DNA of 64,000 nucleotides from Octopus vulgaris (Eukaryota), in assembly GCA_951406725.2 (NCBI GenBank), contig OX597843.1:8432001-8496000 (forward strand). The letters run 5' to 3'. The notes under the pieces are model-generated. The model did no database searches. It worked only from the letters and a program-made list of their open reading frames with translations, and had not been told where the DNA came from. The position numbers and the translations under genes were made by a program. Positions 43,543-56,179 of the stretch are shown here, piece by piece (position 1 is the stretch's first letter; each line of letters starts with the position of its first letter).

Positions 43543-43901
43543 GAAGATCTCTCTGGTCCCCAAAGATCTCTCTGGTCCCCAAAGATCTCTCTGGTCCCCA
43601 AAGATCTCGCTGGTCTCCAAAGATCTCTCTGGTTCCCAAAGATCTCTCTGGTCCCCAAAGATTTCGCTGGTCCCCAAAGATCTCGCTGGTCCCCAAAGAT
43701 CTCTCTGGTTCCCAAAGATCTCTCTGGTCCCCAAAGATCTCGCTGGTCCCCAAAGATCTCTCTGGTCCCCAAAGATCTCTCTGGTCCCCAAAGATTTCGC
43801 TGGTTCCCAAAGATCTCTCTGGTCCCCAAAGATCTCTATGGTCCCCAAAGATCTCGCTGGTCCCCAAAGATCTCTCTGGTCCCCAAAGATCTCTCTGGTC
43901 C
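43543..43901 (+). repeat. 19-bp minisatellite (AAAGATCTCTCTGGTCCCC), about 19 copies
   Basis: Directly visible; explains the three GTREIFGDQRDLWGPERSL ORFs (57 bp equals three units). Confidence 0.96.
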
Positions 43902-44740
43902 CTCTATTTCCTGTTCACTTAGCGTGGTATGATCCACTCTTGCTTATTTTGTAACTTTCACTGACCTTACAATAAACTTTTTCCAGGACAGAGCCTCCCT
44001 GTCCTACCCTGAAACCTTTTTCGGTATTGCCATTAGACAAAGGAAACCTGTCTTTTGTACCGGGTCAAAGAAGGGTGATGGGCCAATCATCCCTATGGAC
44101 TCGGGTCACTGCAGGATCCGTCCCACATGCAACAGCAGTTGGTCCACATATCTCCAATTTTGCTATTTTCGTATCTTTTACCCACTTTTCAATAAATTCA
44201 TTCGACAGCACCTCCCCCTGAATCCCCACTTTGTTTTTTGTGTAAGCCTTCGAAAAACTCGATGAGGGCTCTTCCAAAGAGAACTGCCTATCTCTGCCCT
44301 TATAGTTTTCAGCCTCACCCATCATGCAGTCTCTTTCACAAGAATACCGGCGGGGCAATTATCTCAATGGACTTCTAAAGAGAAAAGCTTGTCTATGTCC
44401 TTATAGCTTTCAGCTTCGCCCACCTTGATACTTCATTCGCCGTTGCGAACAAGATTGACTACAGGATCCGTGCCCCATGCGTTTGCAACTGTTCGACATG
44501 CCTGGACTCTAAACGAGTGCATGACAAACTGTGCCATTGCTCTGCACTCATCTCAAACAAGCTTTTGTTTCGTGTTGAAAAAATAGTCGAAGAACGTTCT
44601 CGCCTCTGGTGAGTTAGTCGCGATATCTTTATTAACTTTCTTCTACAAATGGTGAAAAACGGCGGCGGAGCAATCATTACCATGGACTAGGGTGACTGTA
44701 GGATCTATCTCATATGCGGCAACAGCTGTTTACTGTTTAC
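43902..44740 (-). pseudogene. Stacked Tx1/L1-clade LINE ORF2 3' fragments
   Basis: Minus-strand remnants YVDQLLLHVGRIL..ESI, ACLR*VQSNGTVCHALV*SP (decayed zinc knuckle), [20 protein letters not shown]; homologous to 18540-18766. Confidence 0.62.
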
Positions 44741-44741
44741 C

Positions 44742-44814
44742 ATATACGACCGCTAGTTTACATGCATATACATACATATCTATATATATCTATATCTATC
44801 TATCTATCTATATA

Positions 44815-44890
<76 letters not shown>

Positions 44891-44917
44891 TACACACACA
44901 CACATATATATATATAG

Positions 44918-44998
<81 letters not shown>

Positions 44999-45270
44999 TA
45001 GATATGTATGTATATGGAGAAAAGGTCCAAAGATAACCGTATTTCAGAAATATCTTGTTACTACTCTTTTACTCTTTTACTCTTATACTTGTTTTAGTCA
45101 TTTGACTGCGTCCATGCTGGAGCACCGCCTTTAGTCGAGCCAGGGACTTATTCTTTGTAAGCCCAGTACTTATTCTATCGGTTTCTTTTGCCGAGTTCAA
45201 TTCTGGTTACTTTCTTTAACCTGTGTCACAATCTAGAAATACGTCATACGATATATGACTTATGACACAT
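44742..45270 (+). repeat. Local duplicate of 40514-41422
   Basis: Shared unique anchors TATACGACCGCTAGTTTACATGC, AAAGGTCCAAAGATAAC...CAGAAATATCTTGTTACTA and ATACGTCATACGATATATGACTTATGACACAT. Confidence 0.88.
45064..45194 (-). mobile_element. 5'-truncated SINE-A tail insertion
   Basis: Absent from the paralog (TTGTTACTAGTTCAATT at about 41340). Confidence 0.85.
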
Positions 45271-45480
45271 TGGCATTGCTTGGACACTGGACGAGTGAGT
45301 GACGAACTGTTTCGTAGTTCTGCGTTCTTCTCAAATAAGCTTTTGTCCCAGTGTATTTAAGCGCACGAGTTTGAGCTCTCTAGCAATTCATCTTTCTTGT
45401 TTCACGTTGAAAAAAAATGGCCGAGGACCAATCTCACTTGTGGTGAGGCCTTTATGAATCGCTTCTTCTAGATTGCTAAC
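45271..45480 (-). pseudogene. Tx1/L1 ORF2 zinc-knuckle fragment
   Basis: Minus strand TKAYLRRTQNYETVRHSLVQCPS (E-x3-H-x4-C motif); similar to 44500-44640. Confidence 0.6.
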
Positions 45481-45497
45481 TAATTCTCCCTCTAATC

Positions 45498-46216
45498 CAG
45501 GGGTTCTCAACTATATTTTTATCTACGGTCTCCTTTGATTACTATTTTATTCCGGTGGAATCCCATAGCCATTCGATGCTTAAAAACTAGTTTCATAGAA
45601 ACTTCTTTCAAAATTCCTATTTTGCCCTTCACTCATTAATTTGTGTAGGTTAAAGTATATAAAACATGGTTCTCAGCCATATTTTTTATCTACGGACCCC
45701 TTTTGATTACTATTTTTATTCTGGTGGAATCCCATAGCCAGCCGATATTTAAAAACTAGTTTTATAGAATAGAAATAATATATTTCTAAATCCCTCAGAG
45801 AGATTTATGCGATAGCAGCACGATAAAGGAATAGCATGATCTCAACTTAAGGTGACAGACTCCACTTTGACAACATAAGGACACAGGAAATGCATCAAGC
45901 CCAACAGGAAGCGGTATTTCCTAGGGCTAAAATAACAGTAGCATTCTTCCCTTTTATGGGATTGCCACATTAATTTGACAACATGCTATCACTTTAGTTT
46001 TATAGAAACTTTTTTCAAAATTCCTATTTGGTTTTTCAAACATACCCCTGCGGAGATTGAATTATGCAAAATGTTAGAGAAAGGAACCAAGCTGTTTCTT
46101 GTAATACAAAGCAAAACATTTTAAGGGGCCCTTAAAATAATATTGTGCATCCTCAATTCACTATTTTGTTGCGTGGAGCCCCAAAATCTTATATGGACCG
46201 CGGCTGAGGACTATTA
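45498..46216. mobile_element. hAT (Charlie-like) non-autonomous DNA transposon with an internal duplication and insert
   Basis: Starts CAGGGGTTCTCAAC; decayed right end GGCTGAGGACTATTA; 8-bp flanks CTCTAATC and CACAAATC (6 of 8 match); 45498-45600 is repeated at 45665-45770. Confidence 0.62.
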
Positions 46217-46224
46217 CACAAATC

Positions 46225-46450
46225 TATTTCTCACTGTATCTAACTTTTTGTTAAGCGCTACCGATTCTGCTCTAATCACCCTCTTCCGGGCTCCCTACCA
46301 TTTGTCACCTTAACAAGTTCGCTTATCCGGTCTCCGATAAGGACACCTCTAACTTCCAATAACCAGGGCTCTGTCTAAAGCCCCTATCTGGATCGACATA
46401 ACAGTTTACATATTTGAGGTCTAGGTAGCCAATAATTTTGAATTCTTGTT
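46225..46450 (-). pseudogene. Tx1/L1 ORF2 fragment just downstream of the endonuclease domain
   Basis: Minus strand FKIIGYLDLKYVNCYVDPDRGFRQSPGYWKLEVSL..DRISELVK..KW, matching the G-x-WKLN motif. Confidence 0.68.
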
Positions 46451-46522
46451 TGGTTTGTAACTTCTAGGATATGGGTTTCTTTTAACTGCGAAATATCTTG
46501 GGTAAATGTCATCTTTTTTTAT

Positions 46523-46864
46523 AGGCCTACGCGTGGTTGCGCGGTAAGAAGCTTACTTATCAACCGCATGGTTTCGGGTTCAGTCCCACTGCCTGGCACC
46601 TTGGGCAAGTGTCTTCTACCATAGCCTCGGGAACTGAAGGAAGCCCGTCGTATATACTTATATATACATCTATGTGTGTGTCTTTGTGTCTGTGTTTGTC
46701 CTCTATCACCACTTGACAACCAGTGTTGACGTGCTTACGTCCCCGTAGCTTAGCGGTTCGGCAAAAGAGACCAATGGAATAAGTACTAAGCTCACAAAGA
46801 ATAAGTCATGGGGTCGATTTGTTCGACTAAAACAATCCTTAAAGCTGGTACTCCAGCATGGCCG
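46523..46864 (+). mobile_element. SINE-A with an internal deletion
   Basis: GGTTCAGTCCC, CACCTTGGGCAAGTGTCTT, tail to CTCCAGCATGGCC. Confidence 0.85.
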
Positions 46865-46869
46865 ATATC

Positions 46870-47535
46870 GAATTTAGCTTTTCATCGCCTCGGGGTCGAT
46901 GAAACAAGTACCAGTCAAATCACTTGGATCGATATAATCGATTTACCCCACCCCTCCCCCTACCACCACCACCACCACCACTATTTCACTCCTTGTGCAT
47001 ATAAGTGGAAAGAATTATTATTCCGCCGAGGTCGACTTTGCCTTTCATCCTTTCGAGGTCGATAAATAAAGTACCAGTTACGCACTGGGATCGATGTAAT
47101 CGACTTAATCCCTTTGTCTGTCCTTGTTTGTCCCCTCTGTGTTTAGCCCCTTGTGGGTAGTAAAGAAATAGGTATTTTGTCTGCCGCTACGTTCTGAGTT
47201 CAAATTCCGCCGAGGTCGACTTTGCCTTTCATCCTTTCGGGGTCGATAAATTAAGTACCAGTTACGCACTGGGGTCGATCTAATCGACTTAATACTTATG
47301 TCTGTCCTTATTTGTCCCCTCTGTGTTTAGCCCCTTCTGGGTAGTAAAGACATAGGTATTTCGTCTGCCGCTACGTTCTTAGTTCAAATTCCGCCGAGGT
47401 CGACTTTACCTTTCATCCTTTCGGGGTCGATAAATAAAGTACCGGTTTCGCAGTGAGGTCGATGTAATTGACTTAATCCCTTTGTCTGTCCTTGTTTGTC
47501 CCCTCTATGTTTAGCCCCTTGTGGGCAATAAATAA
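46870..47535 (+). mobile_element. SINE-B cluster: one diverged copy then a 184-bp tandem array of about three units
   Basis: ATTCCGCCGAGG at 47020, 47204 and 47388. Confidence 0.92.
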
Positions 47536-48127
47536 ATATATATATATATTGTTATGATTGTTGCTGATATTGATTGCAACAACAACAACAACAACAACAA
47601 CAACAACTATAATAATAACAACATCAACGACATCATCAATACCAAATGAAAGTGTGATGGTTGCAATGATAAGGCTATAACTCTTCAGAAATGACCAATG
47701 AAGCCACTTGTCTAGCGATCTATTCCTAGACAACGCTGACCACAAATCGCTAACTTAGTGTTCGCCATTTTCCAACATGTCTGACGTGCTCTTAAAGGGT
47801 CGTTAACATGGCTGGCTCCAGTCGCCATATTTTGATATTCATATGAAGATATGCCGCGCTGTCTGTGCATGGAACGAGCCTGCGTCTGTGTTTGTATGTG
47901 TGTCTGTGTGTGTGTCTGTGTGTGTGTGTGTGTGTGTGTGTATAAGTGTGTGTGTGTGTATGTGTAAGTGTGTTTACGTATGTGTGTGAGCGTATCTGTG
48001 TTCGTGTGTATTTATATTTGAGTGTAATGTGTTTCGTTTGTTTTTGTTTTTCTTTTGTTGTTGTTGATTGTGTTTGTGTTCGCGTGTGTGATATTTGATG
48101 TGTGTTTGTGTGTGCATTGGTGTGTGT

Positions 48128-48162
<35 letters not shown>

Positions 48163-48511
48163 TGGTGCTCTAACTATGAAGAGAGATCGAAGCAGTAAAA
48201 TGTGAGAGTAGACAACCATTAACACGTACAAAATCACGAGAACTCACGCATGTGCACACGCACAACCACACGCCACATACGAGTGAGCGAGGTTCAGCAT
48301 CTGTGCGTGTGCATATATATATATATGTATACATATGTACATATGCACATATTCATATATATATACATATATATATTTGTATATATATTTATGTGTGTGT
48401 GTATGTATTTATATAAACATGCATATATATATCTGTGTGTATATTTGTATATACATGCATATATATGTGTATATATATATATACATGGATATACATATGT
48501 ATATATATGTA

Positions 48512-48583
<72 letters not shown>

Positions 48584-48639
48584 GACGTAGATTCGACATT
48601 AAAATGGGTTAATCATAAATACATATATAGAAAGTTATG

Positions 48640-48715
48640 TCTTGTACTGTAGCCTCGGCCGACCAAAGTCGTGTGAGTGACTTTAGTAGACGGAAATTGA
48701 AAGAAGCCGTCGTAT
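48640..48715 (+). mobile_element. SINE-A internal fragment
   Basis: TAGCCTCGGCCGACCAAAG...TAGACGGAAATTGAAAGAAGCCGTCG. Confidence 0.75.
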
Positions 48716-48733
48716 ATATGTATATATATATAG

Positions 48734-48802
<69 letters not shown>

Positions 48803-48829
48803 TGTGTGTGTGTGTGTGTGTGTGTGAGT

Positions 48830-49112
48830 AGGGTGAGATTTGAGGTACACTTGACTGTTATTTCTAGAAACTCAAGCTACACAGGATAGAGTCTTCTTTT
48901 GCCTCATATATATACACATACATAATACTGCAGGGTGTAACTTGAGGCAGATTTCGCTACTATTTCTACAAGGTCCACAGACAGACATGACTAGGCTGTG
49001 ATTTGAAGTAGATTTGGCTGCTATTTCTACAACGTCTAGCTGCCATGTAGATTTCCTCCTTCATTGACTCATCCATTCTTATAAACATAGATAAGACTGT
49101 AAGCTGTGACTT
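48830..49112 (+). repeat. Cluster of short ~40-60-bp repeats (TGTGA(C/T)TTGAGG.AGATTTGGCTGCTATTTCTA)
   Basis: Copies at about 48831, 48932, 48994 and 49103 (the last split by SINEs); related sequences at about 5270 (-), 13560 and 27250. Confidence 0.6.
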
Positions 49113-49113
49113 G

Positions 49114-49415
49114 TGGAGGCACATGGCCTAGTGGTTAGAGCAGCGGACTTGCTGTCGAGGAATCGCGGGTTCGAATCTCAGACCACGCGATGTGTGTGTT
49201 TACGGGCGAAAACACCTAAGTCCACGCGGCTCCGGTAGAAGGTAATGGCGAAACTTCTGCTGACTCTTTCGCCACAACTTTCTCTCACTCTTTCCTCCTG
49301 CATCTTGCAGCTCACCTGCGACGGACTGACGTCCCGTCCAGGTGGGGAACCTATACGCCAAGGAAACCGGGAAACCGGCCCTTATGAGCCAAGCATGGCT
49401 CGAGAAGGAACAAGG
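49114..49415 (+). mobile_element. SINE-D, tail variant 2, full length with a 9-bp TSD
   Basis: TGGCCTAGTGG (A box), GGTTCGAATCT (B box); TGTGACTTG at 49105-49113 and 49416-49424. Confidence 0.9.
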
Positions 49416-49445
49416 TGTGACTTGAGGGTGGTATCTGGCTGCTGT

Positions 49446-49834
49446 CAAGGCGGCAAGCTGGCACAAACGTTAACACGCCGGGCGAAATGTTTAGCGGTAT
49501 TTCGTCTGCGTTACGTTGTGAGTTCAAATTCCGCCGAAGTCGATAAATTAAGTACCAGTTACGCACTGGGGTCGATGTAATCGACTTAATACATATGTCT
49601 GTCCTTGTTTGTCCCCTCTGTGTTTAGCCCCTTGTGAATAATAAAGAAATAGGTATTTCGTCTGCCGTTACGTTCTGAGTTCAAATTCCGCCGAAGTCGA
49701 CTTTGCCTTTCATCCTTTCAGGGTCGATAAATTAAGTACCAGTTACGCACTGGGGTCGATGTAATCGACTTAATACCTATGTCTGTCCTTGTTTGTCCCC
49801 TCTGTGTTTAGCCCCTCTGGGTAGTAAAGATATA
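49446..49834 (+). mobile_element. SINE-B dimer with a 16-bp TSD
   Basis: GGTATCTGGCTGCTGT at 49430-49445 and 49835-49850. Confidence 0.92.
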
Positions 49835-50176
49835 GGTATCTGGCTGCTGTTTTTAGCCAGTCGACAGACCGACACCGCAGTGACTTGCCCGTTGGTTTTC
49901 TCCTCTTGGCTTTATCGTCATGTCCCTTTTTATTTTCGTTGTTTCTGTTGTTATTTTCGTTGTTTCTGTTGTTGTTCTTGTTGTTGCTGTTGTTGTTGTT
50001 GTCTCTCTGCTAACAGACTGTCCAGCCTCTGTCGACGCTGTGGCGTTTTTAGTGTTGTTTTATTAGTTTCGTGCATTTTCCCGCTCGTCTCTTTGCCCGC
50101 CCTCGCACCCCCACCACCTTTCATCCGATTACGCACACGCATACACCTATATATGTAAATATTTACATACTTACAA

Positions 50177-50222
<46 letters not shown>

Positions 50223-50350
50223 TCACGCAGTCACTCAATCAGTAATACAGCATATACACACGTAAGTTTAAACGCACATAGAAATATATACACATCGCAT
50301 AAAATATATACATATTAACAAGCAAACAGAAATACATACATACATTCATA

Positions 50351-50389
<39 letters not shown>

Positions 50390-50545
50390 TTATACTTATT
50401 CAGTCACTGAAACACTCATACAATATATACACACGTATATTCAAATACACATAAATATATGTATTAACACATATAAATATATATCCAGTCAAGTATACAT
50501 ACATATATATATATACATATATATATATATACACATATATATCTA

Positions 50546-50581
<36 letters not shown>

Positions 50582-50592
50582 TATATATATAC

Positions 50593-50645
<53 letters not shown>

Positions 50646-50807
50646 ATATAAACACACACAAAAATAGAAAACAAAGTGTATACATATACATATTCAGTCA
50701 CAAACATGTATACACGCATATAACTAACAATAAACATATCAACACACACAGTTAAATATATACGTATTCACACACACATACACACACATACACACACACA
50801 CACACAC

Positions 50808-50838
<31 letters not shown>

Positions 50839-51493
50839 TATTTTTATGTATGTATATCTGTATGCAATATCATATACTCAAACACCAAACCACACACACA
50901 CACACACGCACACATACACATACACACACTCGCAGAGACAAAAACGGGCCGACACACACCGCCACCGGAACGCTGCCACTCCACCAAGCCGCCGCACCAG
51001 CAAAGCCGTAACGTAACGTGAAGTCGAGCCACGCCGCCGCGGCAAGACCGACAACAACATCTTCGTCTCTTAGACGTTGCCGTCTCACAAAGAATTCTAT
51101 GAATATTGCCTGGTTTTCGCTAGATTTTCTCTCTCTTTATTTTCTTTTTGTTTTCAACGCAGCCAAAGTCACCAATGGCACGACCATTACGACCATAACC
51201 CCCTCCACCATCGCCCACCATCCTTGTCAGCTAACTCCCACATCGACCGCCACCATGAGAGCCACCGCTTCCATTTGCATCATGTTGTTAAAAAGGACAT
51301 TTTGTTTTTTTTTTTGGTTTTTTTTCAGTTTTTCTCTTGTTTGTTTCTTTCTTCCATTCTGCGGAAAATACTATATACACCTCAGGAATATACACGCATT
51401 TACTCATACATTTTGTTCTACGCACACATCTTATGTGCACAGACGATATATATATATGTGTGTATGTGTGTGCGGCGTATATTTCCGGATGAG

Positions 51494-51637
<144 letters not shown>

Positions 51638-51692
51638 CTTTCTTCACTAAATAAAGCATGATATATGAATTATGTATATGTGTATATACATT

Positions 51693-51725
<33 letters not shown>

Positions 51726-51837
51726 ACGTATATAAATAAACATGAACATACGTTTGCATATTTACAGAGAGATAAATAAGCACACGCAGATTCCCCTATA
51801 TACATGCATACATACCTATATACATATACATCCATAT

Positions 51838-51921
<84 letters not shown>

Positions 51922-52225
51922 GTATATACATATATACATAAACTTTACACATATTAACGGGTATTTAGTGATACATTGCAAACAGAGCATCATATACATA
52001 TACACACATGTACATATATATATATGTATATATATACATATAGATATATGAATATACACATATACACTGATATAAACGTATACATATATATATATACACA
52101 CATATAATCTTATAAATATATATGCGTATAGGTATATGTATAAGCGTTTATATGTCTGTAGGTATCTATGTATATGTATGTATATATATTTATATATATA
52201 TATAAATGTATATATATACATATAA

Positions 52226-52256
<31 letters not shown>

Positions 52257-53017
52257 TGGTATGTGTATACACACACACACACGCACATATACATATACAA
52301 ACACCAATGTTTGTGTACAAGTATAAATGTATACACACACGAATAAATGTATGTTTTTATATATACTTATGACATTTTTATATATATATATATGCATATA
52401 TATATATATATACATATACAAGAGTGTGAATGTATGTGTGTGTACGTGTGTGTGTGATTGTATAAATATATACATGTTTTAGTATGTATATATATATGTA
52501 TGTATGTACGTACGTACATACGTATGTATGTATGTATGTATGTATGTACGTATGTATGTGTGTATGTATGTATGTATGTGTGTATAGTTATAGATATACC
52601 TCTACATTACTATAAATGCCTGGATCACTGGATTTGAGAGCCAATTCGACGATGTGTCGTTGAAGATATTTAAAACAGATACTTAGAGAGCGATGCAGAG
52701 CGAAGAGAGATGCACACACGTTTTTCGATAACCATCGTTTATCTCCTGCACTCACTCATTTCATACATAGCTGTTTGTAAAGTGAACCTACACGCACACA
52801 CGGACATAGCTCGACGATTGTCGCGCTCGGCAAATAAACAGGCACGCACATCATATATATATATATATATATATATTTATGTGTATGTGTGTATGTGTAT
52901 ATATAGGCATATATATATATATATACGTGTGAGTGTTGTTATGTGTATATATATATATGTGTGTGTGCGTGTAGATATATGTTTCTGTGTATGTGTGTAT
53001 ATTCATATATCTATGTG

Positions 53018-53062
<45 letters not shown>

Positions 53063-53142
53063 GTGAGTGTATATGTATGTCTGTATGTATATATCTGTGT
53101 GTATATATATGTGTGCATAAATATATATATATATATATATAT

Positions 53143-53210
<68 letters not shown>

Positions 53211-53434
53211 TTACGTTCGCATATACACATTAACGTTTAATCCAAAGACTGAGCTTGAGTACAGATATTGAGTACTTCTTTTATCTGATGTCCGTGGCCA
53301 CCCCGCTACATGCTCACCTTCATATATAAATCCATGCATATAAACGCATGTGATGAATGACCAACACGCAGGAAAAACCGAACAGAGGGGACATTTTACA
53401 AATAAGCTGTTGTTTAGGAAACAGGAAGAGATGC

Positions 53435-53468
53435 TTTGACGTTTCGGAGATAGGTTCTTTGTCAGAAA
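53435..53468 (-). ncRNA. Degenerate minimal hammerhead motif (likely inactive, Penelope-type)
   Basis: TTT-CTGACAA-agaacctatctcc-GAAA-CG-TC^-AAA; G8 is mutated to A and stem II is weak. Confidence 0.45.
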
Positions 53469-53615
53469 AATTTGGGTGATGAGAAGAACGGGAAGAAGAG
53501 AATAAAGTTACGGGGGCCAAGTGGAAATTTAATTCTTCCAGGAGCAGTTAAGCAGAGAGGAAACGGTGGAGCTGTGTGCTTATAAAGGAAAGGATCTCAG
53601 TAGAGAGATGGGCTT

Positions 53616-53679
<64 letters not shown>

Positions 53680-53703
53680 ATCTATATATATCTATCTATC
53701 TAC

Positions 53704-53783
<80 letters not shown>

Positions 53784-54217
53784 GAATGTATATTTATATT
53801 TTAGTTTATATAATCTATAAACCCATGCATAGAGATACGCACATACATTTAGGTACAATATATACATACACATATGGTATATCGTGCTATATTATATACA
53901 TGTCTGTCTCTGGTACTCTGACTGTGCCTCTCTCTCTCTGTGTGTGTGTATATGTGTGTGTATTTGACTTTGTATACATGCACTTTATTTTTGTTACAAA
54001 ATATTATTTTACACTTAACACAATATTTATACAAACCCAAACTGTACATTATTTCCGTATGTATTATGTGTGTATATATATATAAGAGAGAGTCACACGA
54101 CACATATATATACACATACACACACAAATATATAAGTACAAGTAAATATAAATATATATATATATATATTCAAATATACATATATGCATTTATGTATAAC
54201 ACACACAAATATATATG

Positions 54218-54286
<69 letters not shown>

Positions 54287-54497
54287 TGCAGGTGTGTGTG
54301 ACATTTGAGTCACGGAAAAACAATTACTTTCTCGTATATCTTACATTCTCTCATGTATGTATATATATACCCGTTTAAATAAAATTGCTTGCTTTCGTCT
54401 TTTCATGGAGGTTTTTTTTCCGTAATTTTAAATGTTAACATAAAACAGATATTATTTAAGTCTCTTGCGTGAGATATCAATGGAAATACAAATATAT

Positions 54498-54558
<61 letters not shown>

Positions 54559-54784
54559 TACGATATAGTGTATATTTATATGCATAGAGAATCCTGTTAT
54601 AGGCATTCTACGCGCTAGAAAGGACAGCTAAGTTCTATAACCGCGCGTTGGACCACTGGAAATGTAATTTTTGATTGAATGTTTTTAACTTTAATTAAAT
54701 TCCATTTCACTTTGATATATATATATATATATATACATATACATGCACATTTACATGTCTACACATTATATATATATATATAAC

Positions 54785-54905
54785 TCGTTTCAATCATTAG
54801 ACCTTAGCCAAGCTGGAGCACTGCCTCAAAATGTTTTAGCCCTTGTTACTTATTGTAAATCCTGGTTCTTATTCTATCGATAATTTTTGCCGAACCACTA
54901 TGTTG
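54785..54905 (-). mobile_element. Degenerate SINE-A tail
   Basis: GCCAAGCTGGAGCACTGCC...CTTATTCTATCGAT...TTGCCGAACC. Confidence 0.6.
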
Positions 54906-55313
54906 TCCAAGTCGACGGTAGGTGGAAAATGCGGATAGAAACACACTCACATACACTTACACACTCACACACACATATACACTTACACACTCACACACAC
55001 ACATATAGACTTACACACTCAAACACACATATTCACTTACACACTCACACACACATATACACTTACACACTCAAACACACATATACATATATACACACGT
55101 ATATATATATATATATATATGTATACACACACACACATATATATATATATACACACACATATACACACACATATATATACATATATATATATATAAAGAG
55201 AGAGAGAGGTAGATGTGCATAGGGTTACACAAATATACTTACGTATGTATGTATGAATGGATGGATGAACGTGTGTGTGTGTGTGTGGGCGTATGTGGTG
55301 CACCTGTGCATAT

Positions 55314-55371
<58 letters not shown>

Positions 55372-55671
55372 GTTTCTATGTGTGTACAATGCTATTCATT
55401 CCTATGTAACCTAAAGACTGCATATAGTTCTGAAAACAGCAAAAGCTGATTGAACGGTGTTCAATAATCGATATTTAATCGACTGAAATTAGTTCTAGCA
55501 TACAGATAGTACTTAATATTTTTGACCTTGAAATCGTTAAATTTTAAATTATACCTGGGTTAGATTCGAACTCTGTAACTTACGACATATAAGGATCAAA
55601 GCAGTGTAATGTGCTGTAAGATCATTCATTCCATATATCCCTGTACGCCTCCAAAATTCTATCAGCCTTAC

Positions 55672-55792
<121 letters not shown>

Positions 55793-55890
55793 GAGTGAGA
55801 GTGAAATGCATGCCATCAAAGTGACACTTGGGTAAAAATATACGAAGCCCAGCATACCCATCATGACTACCTGTCTGATAAGGGTACAAC
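55793..55890 (-). mobile_element. 3' end of the element at 1093-1573, embedded in (TTA)n on both sides
   Basis: Reverse complement GTTGTACCCTTATCAGACAGGTAGTCATGATGGG...CTCTCACTC(AAT)n. Confidence 0.55.
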
Positions 55891-55975
<85 letters not shown>

Positions 55976-56024
55976 CATCATCATCATCATTATTGTTATT
56001 ATTATCATTATCATTATTATTACT

Positions 56025-56062
<38 letters not shown>

Positions 56063-56116
56063 GATTATTATTATTATTATCATTATTATTAATATTATTA
56101 TTATTATTATTATTAT

Positions 56117-56170
<54 letters not shown>

Positions 56171-56179
56171 GGTAGTGAG

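Noticed and set aside
43304-43867. Repeat protein GTREIFGDQRDLWGPERSL
   Set aside because: The same peptide appears in all three frames because the unit is 19 bp; it is a minisatellite artefact.
47020-47530. Retrozyme (tandem 184-bp units with a hammerhead)
   Set aside because: No CUGANGA...GAAA core found on either strand of the unit.
49114-49190. tRNA gene (also 21915 and 28820)
   Set aside because: A and B boxes are present but there is no proper acceptor-stem cloverleaf, and the sequence continues into a SINE body with a TSD.
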